From Candidatus Fimenecus stercoravium (GTDB lineage: Bacteria > Bacillota > Clostridia > Oscillospirales > Acutalibacteraceae): a stretch of DNA of 64,000 nucleotides. A program made the translations under genes and the position numbers. The notes beneath the pieces were generated by a model, which saw only the letters and a list, made by a program, of their open reading frames with translations, made no database searches and was not told the DNA's origin. The stretch spans positions 900 to 64,899 of the forward strand of contig DVIC01000029.1 in NCBI GenBank assembly GCA_018711545.1, in the 5' to 3' direction. Below, piece after piece: positions 39,044-46,325 of this stretch (position 1 is the stretch's first letter; each line of letters starts with the position of its first letter).

Positions 39044-39523
39044 TTAGATCGCAACAAGCTCTGCCGTGAAGGTCAGCTCGTCGGCATATTCCGAAACAAC
39101 AGCCGCATTCCAAGCCGCTTCTGCAACATTGACCGTGTAGGCAAACGCCTGTGCGTTTACAACGGGTGACGTTGTAATGCCGGTCGTATCCGCCAGCGTA
39201 TATGCCAGCGTGTAGTCGTTCTCGTCGGTCATCACATAAGCCTTGTCGGTATCATCCACCGTGACCTGCACGCCCGTGTTAGGGCCAAGCTGCGAGGTGA
39301 CGGTGTAAGTAAGGCTGGTGCTCTGCGCATCCCAATAGATTGTATTTTCCGCAGGGATGGTCACGGTAAAGCCTGCGCCGTCTTCGCCGCCTGCGGTCTG
39401 GGTAGAGGTCTTGATAATCGCCGTACCCGTGCCGCCGTCCGTTGTGATGTCTGCCGCAAACGCGGGAACGCAAACCGCCAGCATCATAACAACGGCAAGC
39501 GCCATAGCCAAAAGTTTTTTCAT
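39044..39523 (-). CDS. small secreted paralog S3 (159 aa)
   Basis: MKKLLAMALAVVMMLAVCVPAFA; ADITTDGGTG...FTVTIPAENTIYW...LAYTLADT...AAWNAAVVSEYADELTFTAELV. Confidence 0.88.
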   Translation of the reverse strand: MKKLLAMALAVVMMLAVCVPAFAADITTDGGTGTAIIKTSTQTAGGEDGAGFTVTIPAENTIYWDAQSTSLTYTVTSQLGPNTGVQVTVDDTDKAYVMTDENDYTLAYTLADTTGITTSPVVNAQAFAYTVNVAEAAWNAAVVSEYADELTFTAELVAI

Positions 39524-39559
39524 AATGGTTACTCCTCTCTAAGTGTTCTCAAGCAACGC

Positions 39560-40054
39560 TTACCCGACCAAGATCTCTGCCGTAAAGGTCAGGGTGTCGC
39601 TGTAAGTGCCGATCACGGCTTCGTTCCAGTCCTCTTCGGTCACAACCACATTCAGTGGAACGGTCACTGCCGGATAAACGTTGGGCTCCGTAGTCGCATA
39701 GTCCACGCCTTCGCCCATCAGCGCATACGGCAGGGGAAGTTCGACGCCCGCCTCAGGTGAATAGGACATGTAGCCCTGCTCGCCCGCTACGGTGACGGCC
39801 AGCGTCTCGCCGTAAGCAAGGTGGGTCTCCACCTCATAAGAGACGTCATAGGACGCTGCACCCCACGGGATCTCCTGATCCGCCGGGACCGTCACGGTGA
39901 AGCTTCTTGCATCATCGCCGCCGGAGGTCGTGGTCGCGGTCTTGATGATCACGGTGCCCGTGCCGCCGTCCGTCGTGATGTCTGCCGCAAAAGCGGGAAC
40001 GCACACGGCAAGCATCATAACAACAGCAAGCGCAATAGACAATACTTTTTTCAT
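39560..40054 (-). CDS. small secreted paralog S2 (164 aa)
   Basis: MKKVLSIALAVVMMLAVCVPAFA; ADITTDGGTG...FTVTVPADQEIPW...LPYALMGEG...EDWNEAVIGTYSDTLTFTAEIL. Confidence 0.88.
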   Translation of the reverse strand: MKKVLSIALAVVMMLAVCVPAFAADITTDGGTGTVIIKTATTTSGGDDARSFTVTVPADQEIPWGAASYDVSYEVETHLAYGETLAVTVAGEQGYMSYSPEAGVELPLPYALMGEGVDYATTEPNVYPAVTVPLNVVVTEEDWNEAVIGTYSDTLTFTAEILVG

Positions 40055-40092
40055 GGTCTTGCTCCTTTTATAAAGTTTTTTGACTTACGATT

Positions 40093-40545
40093 TTAAGCTG
40101 CGACATATTCGGCGGTGAAGGTCAGCACATCCGCGTGCCTGCCGGCAGCCGCCTGCGCCCACTGATCCTCGCTCACGGCAACGGACAGCGGGTAGACCGT
40201 GTCGATTGCGCCGGGCGCGAACACCATGGCGTCTGCCCCTGAAAGCGTATAGCCGATCGTCTTCGTTGCGTCCGCATCATTGACGAGGTTGAACGCATTC
40301 TGCGAATCGACCGTAACGCGTACGACGTGGTCATACGCAAGCTGCAGCTTGCTTGCCGTGACTTCCCCGAGCGCCTGTTCGGGCGCTTCCCAGGGGATCA
40401 CGGTGTCGGCGGGGATAGAGATCTCATAAGCTGCCTGGTCGCTTTGCGTGGAGATCTGCATGCTGCCGACGTCCTCTGCGAAGGCGGGCAGTGCGCAGAG
40501 CGCCAGCAGTACGACCGCCAGCCCCACGCAAATCATTTTTTTCAT
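40093..40545 (-). CDS. small secreted paralog S1 (150 aa), the most divergent member
   Basis: MKKMICVGLAVVLLALCALPAFA; YEISIPADTVIPW...IGYTLSGAD...DQWAQAAAGRHADVLTFTAEYV. Confidence 0.85.
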   Translation of the reverse strand: MKKMICVGLAVVLLALCALPAFAEDVGSMQISTQSDQAAYEISIPADTVIPWEAPEQALGEVTASKLQLAYDHVVRVTVDSQNAFNLVNDADATKTIGYTLSGADAMVFAPGAIDTVYPLSVAVSEDQWAQAAAGRHADVLTFTAEYVAA

Positions 40546-40618
40546 CCGACATCATCTCCTTTTTCGGAATTTCGTATTTTCATGGCGTATATCGTTAACC
40601 TTTTCAGGTGAACTTGCC

Positions 40619-43600
40619 TTACGGCGTTGTTGTGCCGTCCGAATAGGTGACGGTGTAGGTGATGGCGTCCGTCGCGCGGTATTCGCCGAGGGGTTTGCCC
40701 ACCCACTCGTCATCCTCTATTGTAACCGTGCTATAGCACTGAATCGAACTTCCCGCTCCCGGACCATAGTAAGTGGAGTCCAGATCACTGATGCTGCCGG
40801 AAATGGTATCCGTCGTGCCGGCGTTCGTCATGGTCAGGTTGTTGCCCTCCGCATCGACTGCGTTGGTCGCCGTCCCTTCCACTCGAAGCGTAGCGTCTGC
40901 GCTGAAGTTGTAGGAGGTCTCTGCGTAGTAATTGGTGGTTCTCGCGCCCCACGGGATCTGGACTTCCGCGTCCACCGTGACGGTGTAGAAGTCGCCGGTC
41001 GCGTAGTTGACTGTTAGCTGCTTTACATCGGTCGCTTCACGCAGGATGCCGTTGCGGTCGGTGTACTGGTAGGTGTAGGTCAGCGTCAGCGTATCGCTTA
41101 ATGCGCTGGTGGTCGGCTGTGCATTCGGGACCGTCACGTGCAGGGCGTTGTCCTGTCCCAGCGTTACATTGCTGATGGCTTGCCCGAACGTCACTGCGCT
41201 GCCGCCGAACGTAAGCGTGTACGGAAGGGTGATCGTGCCGTCTGCCGAGGTCAGATTGCCGCCCTTCGACGATGTGATTGTCAAGGTGCCCGTGCCGGAT
41301 GTGTCGGTCAGATAGCGCTCAAACTGTGTGAGTGTGTAAACGGGGTCGTTTGCGCTGTTGACCGCACCGGTCGAGGTGTCTCTATTGTCATACGAGAGAT
41401 CCATGGTGCTCGCCGACAGCGTTGCGGACACAGCGGGCGTCAGATCATACATCTGCTGGATGACGTCATAGAGCTCCGCTACGTCGTGGTAGGTAGCAAT
41501 GAGCGACTCATACTCGGCGATGGTGTTGAGGAGATTTGTGCGGTCGGTCGCCGTGAACGTGCCGTCTGCCATCTTCTGCGCGGCGTCCTCGTACTGCGCC
41601 TGATACTTATCCAAAAGCTGCACCACGCCGCCGTTCACCGGCTGACCGCTTGCATTGGTATAGGTATCGGTATTATTCAGCAGCTTTTCGCATGCCTCGG
41701 AGACATTTTCCACGCCGTCGCGGATGCTGCCGTCCGCCATGAGAACTTTGGCGAAGTAGTTGTTGTTCCGATTGAAATTGGTGAGTGCCGTTTCGAGCGT
41801 TGCAATATTTTCGTCGCTAACGGAAATAAAGAAGCCTTCATTGACCGTCGCACCGTTCTCCGTCCAGGAGCCGTAGGGCTTGGTCTTGTCGTAGGTACCG
41901 CTCGTCGGGTAGACGTTGCCGTCGCCCGCGACGCCGAGACTGCCCGTTGCCGCCCTGTCGGGATACAGCTGCGACATGGTCTGGTACAGGGCGTCTGTGC
42001 CGCCCGTATACAGCGAGCTCAAGAAGGTCAGCGACTGTGTGAGTGCGGGTTCGAGCGAAGCTACACAGCGCATCGCCGCATTGTAGGCGTTGAGGAACTG
42101 CCGGCTCTGCTCAGGGAACTGATCTTTTTGGCTCTGCGTCCATTTCGAGTAAGAGTTATTGTACCACTCGATGATCTGCGCCGCGCTCTCCGCCGTCAAG
42201 CCGTAGGCAGCATAGTTCACCGCGTCCGCCGTACCGTCCGTACCGTCCGTATCGACCACGCCGGGATACGGCAGGTCATATTCGCCGGAGGTATTGCCGT
42301 CCGCGACCGCCAACGTGCCGCTCAAGCCGAGATTGTCAAAATAGGTGTTAAAGAGTGTGGAGGGCGTCCATGCGGCTGTATAAGCCGAAATCTCCTCTGT
42401 GGTGGCGTTTTGATACGCCTGCAGCTGCGTGTACGCCTGCTGCGTAGAGTGGAAGCCCTTTTCCGCGTCGGTCAGCGCATTATACAACAACTGTGCATTG
42501 TTCAGCGCCTGCATGAACTCGGTGCTCCATGCCGTGCTGTTGGCGGCACTCGGTTCGAGCGCGGCAACGGCTTCTTCAAATTCGTTCTGGTACTGGGATT
42601 TGATGCCCAGCACTTCGCCGAAGGTCGAGTGAACCGTCGTACCCGTATTATAGTCCGACGTGTAGCCGAAGCCGATGTTGTCGATGACAAAGGTCTTGCC
42701 CTCGAGTGCGTCCGACGATGCAGCACTGTTGTCCGGGGCGATGCCGATGTTCACGCGGTAAATGCTGTTCAGCCCGGCTGCATATTCGCTGAGCTTGACG
42801 GCGCCCGTGCCGCCAGTGGTCGCCTGCGTCCAGTTGTCCTTGAACTGGTAGAGGGGGATCATGATATATCCCTCGTAGCCGGCGAGCGTCAGGCCGTTGG
42901 TCGTCACGTCGGAGCTAAAGTAGTTTGCGCCGTGCCCGCTGGCGGAGCAGTCGACCCACTCACCGGTGCGCATATCCATCAGATAGATGCTCTTATTGGC
43001 CTCACTGTCGCCCATGGCAAGGGTAAAGTCGTTCGTGCCCGAGCCGTCGCGGTGCGAGCCCGTTGTGATGGACGCGGTCAGCTTGAAGTCGGAAAGCTGC
43101 GAGAAGTCCGCGTAGAATACCAAACCGAGCGGGAAAGTGCTGCTCGCTGCGTTGCCGTTGGGACCCTCCAGCACATCGCCGAGGTTCACAATGCCCATGT
43201 TGTGCGTCATGGCATCGTTGTTATCGCCGTCCAGGGCGGAATAGCTGTCGAGCGAGACACTCAGGATATTATACATGCCGTTCCCGTTGCCGCCGCTGGA
43301 GCCGCTGCCGTTATAATACGAAGAATTGATGGCGACCGCAGCGCCGTGCGTCCCGTTAAAGCCCGCGTCCGTCACCGTCGCCTTGGTGCCGTTAATCAGC
43401 GTGTCCCCTCTTTCGGTGCCGTCCACGATGGTACCGTTCTGCATGGGATCGGCATAATTGCCCGCACTGGGACTGTTCGCATCCAGCTGGCTGTTGTCCC
43501 AAGTGCCGAGGAAGGTGCGGGTGGTGGAGCCATAGGTCAAAAAGCCCTTGGTATAGCGATAGTCGCCGTATCTCCACATACCGTTGGGGTCGTTTTCAAA

Positions 43601-46048
43601 CAAATCGGATTCCGTGCCGATTGAAAGCGATTCAAAATCGTTGAACAGCACAAATTTGTTGCGCGCCAGCGTGTTGCCCGCGACGTCTAAGTCGGTGCTC
43701 GAATCGACACCGACCAGGGCGACGTATTCGAGCAGCTTTTGCTCCTCCGCCAAAGAAAGCGCATTGAGCTGTGCCAAACTCAAACGCGTATAGAGCGAAT
43801 ATGCGCGAACGATCTCGGTCTCCAGCGCGTCGCTGACAGAGGAGACCGTAGAGGGATCGGGCAGCTTTTCAAGGGAACGCACCAGCTGCGCCACAAGCCC
43901 CGTAGCCCCTTCGTCCGCCGCGTTTTCATAGCCCGTGTCGTTGTTGGACGGATAGGTGTAGGTGCCGTCGTCATTTTGAATGATCGTGCCCGCTTCCACG
44001 CACAGGTCGCGCGCCGTGGTGAATTTTGCCCACACGGAGGTAAGCCCCAGCGACGCTGCCGTTGCGGCTAAATTCTCTTCCGAAAGGAAGTCGTTGCCGA
44101 CCGAGGAACCGGCGTAGCCCTGCCGGTAGCCGTCAAGCATCTCGGAAATATACTGCACCGCACGGTAATCGCCCTCGTCCGGGAAGGTGATCAGCGCATC
44201 GATCTGATTGAGGATCGCGCGCGGGATTTCGGTTTTCTGGTCGTAGTAATCGGTCAGCGGGAGACCGTACTCGCCTTCCGTCATGTCGTTCGGATAATTG
44301 CCCTCCGACTTATAGAACATGACGGAATCCATGTAAAAGCTGTGGTTGACGCTGTCGGCGCTCATGTTTGTGTATGAGAAGCCCGCGCCGCAGATGTCGT
44401 CAAGCGCCTTATAGCCGTTTTCGCGGTTTAAAATCACCGCGTTGCCCTCGGCATCCTTATAGACTGTACCGTCAGCGTTTAACTGAACATACGCTTTATT
44501 GGTCATATCCGTGTTGCAGTCGTCTCTGCTCGGTCCGACAGCAAGCATGGAAGCGCCCCAATTGGGCCTTTCCAAAGCCGCATAATGGTTCGCGCCCGTG
44601 CTCGGATAATCATTGTGATACGGCATGGTGTAAACACTGTTGTTCGGATTGCCGGTTTCCTCGTCTGCCGAACTGTTGCCGCCAAACTCATTTACATCTA
44701 CGTCTATGGAAAGCTGGCGGTATTGGAGCAGCAATGCTTCGGAAATCGGTGTGCCCGCCGGGTCAACCAGCACCTGTTCGCTCAACAGGACTTTATTGTC
44801 AAACTGTGCTTTTTTTCCACTCTCGTTGCCGCCGCCGAGATCTTCCGCCAAACCATTTCCGCCGAAGCCGAAGTTATCGTTGCGCGCTTCCGCATACGTG
44901 GGGGTCGTAGAACAGACAAATTGGACAGGCACACGGATATAGCCCTTGTAATTCGCAAGATCAATTCCGCCGTTTTCAAGCGCGACCGACTCCCACGAAC
45001 CGTCGTCTGCCTGAATATAGACATAGCCGTCGTTGCCCGTATATCCTTTGGTGGAATAGGTCACGGTGCTGTAGTCGTCATCATTGATAGAGCCATAGAG
45101 GTATACGACGCCCTGCCCCCACAAGTCGTCCCAATAGTATTCCTCGTACCGCTTGCCCTGCGTTTTCAGTTCAAAGGCAAGACCTTCGACCGAGACCTGG
45201 GAGAAGTCGAACCAGAACCAGATTTCCTCGGCATCCTCCGCGATCCAGTGCTGGCGTGACCATGTCGTGTTAAAGGACTGGTCGCCCGTGCCAACCACCT
45301 GGAAGCGATAGGCGCCCGAGCCGCCGTCGCCCGCATAGGGTGCCTGCCCGTAGAAGCTAAGCTGGTTCGCGCCCGCGCTGCTGGAAGCGATGTAATCCAG
45401 TCTGCCGCCGCCCGCGCCGTTGTCCGAAACATAGCCCATATTATTATTGTTCCGAGCTTCGAACATCAGCATTTCGCGCATGCCCGTCTCGTTTTCGACA
45501 AGCGGGGTATACGCTTCCTCGTCATATTCAAAGCGCGGTACGTCGGAAACGGTGGTCGTGATTGCGTCCGAGACCCAGCCGGTGCTGTCCTGTGCAAGGA
45601 CCTCCACGCTCAGGCGGTGCGTGCCGTCCATTGTGATGCCTGCGGACTCCAGCTGTTCTGCAGGGAAGGTCACTTCAAAGGTGTTCTCTACCGCGAAAGT
45701 GACCGCAGTCGCGTCCCGCGTGATCTTTGCGGAAGGCACATCCTCCGTCGCCGGGTCGTCGTGCACCTGTGTATACACCCCTAAGTCATACAGCGTTATG
45801 TAATAGGTCGCTATAGACTTGGTGATGTACTCGGTGTTCACGGTCGCCTCGGGAACGGAAACCGTCACATCCCCTTCCTCCGTTTCCCACGCCCACAGGG
45901 TCGCGTCCTCCGCGAACGTCGGGGTCGGGTCATACGTCCCCGCGCTCAGAGGTGCCGCAAGTGCCAGGGGCAGGGAAACCGCCACCAGAATTGCACTCAT
46001 CAAAAGCGCGGTGACACGTTTCCAGACTTTCAACCTCTTTTCTTGCAT
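40619..46048 (-). CDS. 1809-aa secreted multidomain giant protein ending in two tandem copies of the small-paralog domain; no recognisable wall or membrane anchor
   Basis: ATG at 46048 follows GGAAAGGAG. Signal peptide MQEKRLKVWKRVTALLMSAILVAVSLPLALAAP. Two internal similar beta-sandwich-like modules and helical segments. C-terminus ...FYTVTVDAEVQIPW...DEWVGKPLGEYRATDAITYTVTYSDGTTTP. No LPXTG motif and no terminal hydrophobic tail. Confidence 0.88.
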   Translation of the reverse strand: MQEKRLKVWKRVTALLMSAILVAVSLPLALAAPLSAGTYDPTPTFAEDATLWAWETEEGDVTVSVPEATVNTEYITKSIATYYITLYDLGVYTQVHDDPATEDVPSAKITRDATAVTFAVENTFEVTFPAEQLESAGITMDGTHRLSVEVLAQDSTGWVSDAITTTVSDVPRFEYDEEAYTPLVENETGMREMLMFEARNNNNMGYVSDNGAGGGRLDYIASSSAGANQLSFYGQAPYAGDGGSGAYRFQVVGTGDQSFNTTWSRQHWIAEDAEEIWFWFDFSQVSVEGLAFELKTQGKRYEEYYWDDLWGQGVVYLYGSINDDDYSTVTYSTKGYTGNDGYVYIQADDGSWESVALENGGIDLANYKGYIRVPVQFVCSTTPTYAEARNDNFGFGGNGLAEDLGGGNESGKKAQFDNKVLLSEQVLVDPAGTPISEALLLQYRQLSIDVDVNEFGGNSSADEETGNPNNSVYTMPYHNDYPSTGANHYAALERPNWGASMLAVGPSRDDCNTDMTNKAYVQLNADGTVYKDAEGNAVILNRENGYKALDDICGAGFSYTNMSADSVNHSFYMDSVMFYKSEGNYPNDMTEGEYGLPLTDYYDQKTEIPRAILNQIDALITFPDEGDYRAVQYISEMLDGYRQGYAGSSVGNDFLSEENLAATAASLGLTSVWAKFTTARDLCVEAGTIIQNDDGTYTYPSNNDTGYENAADEGATGLVAQLVRSLEKLPDPSTVSSVSDALETEIVRAYSLYTRLSLAQLNALSLAEEQKLLEYVALVGVDSSTDLDVAGNTLARNKFVLFNDFESLSIGTESDLFENDPNGMWRYGDYRYTKGFLTYGSTTRTFLGTWDNSQLDANSPSAGNYADPMQNGTIVDGTERGDTLINGTKATVTDAGFNGTHGAAVAINSSYYNGSGSSGGNGNGMYNILSVSLDSYSALDGDNNDAMTHNMGIVNLGDVLEGPNGNAASSTFPLGLVFYADFSQLSDFKLTASITTGSHRDGSGTNDFTLAMGDSEANKSIYLMDMRTGEWVDCSASGHGANYFSSDVTTNGLTLAGYEGYIMIPLYQFKDNWTQATTGGTGAVKLSEYAAGLNSIYRVNIGIAPDNSAASSDALEGKTFVIDNIGFGYTSDYNTGTTVHSTFGEVLGIKSQYQNEFEEAVAALEPSAANSTAWSTEFMQALNNAQLLYNALTDAEKGFHSTQQAYTQLQAYQNATTEEISAYTAAWTPSTLFNTYFDNLGLSGTLAVADGNTSGEYDLPYPGVVDTDGTDGTADAVNYAAYGLTAESAAQIIEWYNNSYSKWTQSQKDQFPEQSRQFLNAYNAAMRCVASLEPALTQSLTFLSSLYTGGTDALYQTMSQLYPDRAATGSLGVAGDGNVYPTSGTYDKTKPYGSWTENGATVNEGFFISVSDENIATLETALTNFNRNNNYFAKVLMADGSIRDGVENVSEACEKLLNNTDTYTNASGQPVNGGVVQLLDKYQAQYEDAAQKMADGTFTATDRTNLLNTIAEYESLIATYHDVAELYDVIQQMYDLTPAVSATLSASTMDLSYDNRDTSTGAVNSANDPVYTLTQFERYLTDTSGTGTLTITSSKGGNLTSADGTITLPYTLTFGGSAVTFGQAISNVTLGQDNALHVTVPNAQPTTSALSDTLTLTYTYQYTDRNGILREATDVKQLTVNYATGDFYTVTVDAEVQIPWGARTTNYYAETSYNFSADATLRVEGTATNAVDAEGNNLTMTNAGTTDTISGSISDLDSTYYGPGAGSSIQCYSTVTIEDDEWVGKPLGEYRATDAITYTVTYSDGTTTP

Positions 46049-46210
46049 CGTCTGAAAGCTCCTTTCCGATTTTGGATTCCGGAGGCCGCAGCCCCGGTCT
46101 ACGAATACCGCCAAAGGCGGAGATATTTGACAAAGTTTGCTTGGATACTGTTTCGTCGGATACGATTGGGCGGGTTTCTGCGCGCCCACGGCTCCTTTGA
46201 AAACCTGATG

Positions 46211-46275
46211 TTTTCTGCTGTAGGGGCGGGGCTGTGCAAAAATTTAATCGTTTTCACAGCCGAAAGTCACCCGGT
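46211..46275. repeat. fragment of the REP-like element inside the operon (between gene 1 and the giant gene)
   Basis: CTGTAGGGGCGGGGCTGTGCAAAAATTTAATCGTTTTCACAGCCGAAAGT matches 47973-48030 and, in reverse complement, 30085-30110 and 60500-60535. Confidence 0.7.
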
Positions 46276-46325
46276 TCATCCGCTTACGCCTGTTCGCGGG
46301 GAAATCGTTTTTCGCTTGCCCCGCC

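Noticed and set aside
36930-40545. Small paralogs as sortase-assembled Gram-positive pilins, type IV pilins or TasA-like fibres
   Set aside because: They have no LPXTG or C-terminal hydrophobic tail, no pilin-motif Lys context that I can recognise, and no sortase gene nearby. The signal peptides are ordinary Sec type (AFA cleavage), not prepilin G/F(M)xxxE. There is no SipW-type peptidase gene and no TasA-like sequence pattern.
41138-43624. 828-aa ORF on the plus strand inside the giant gene
   Set aside because: It is antisense to the 1809-aa secreted protein, which has a start with an SD, a signal peptide and family domains. The antisense product is Arg/Val/Gly-rich and featureless.
36930-46048. 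Calling the cluster a canonical WxL/Csc cluster
   Set aside because: The architecture is analogous, but the diagnostic motifs are not visible. There is no GW.L first motif, the second position is TFT/TYT rather than TWTL, and no DUF916/DUF3324-like protein was recognised. This is therefore kept as an analogy to be tested, not as an annotation.
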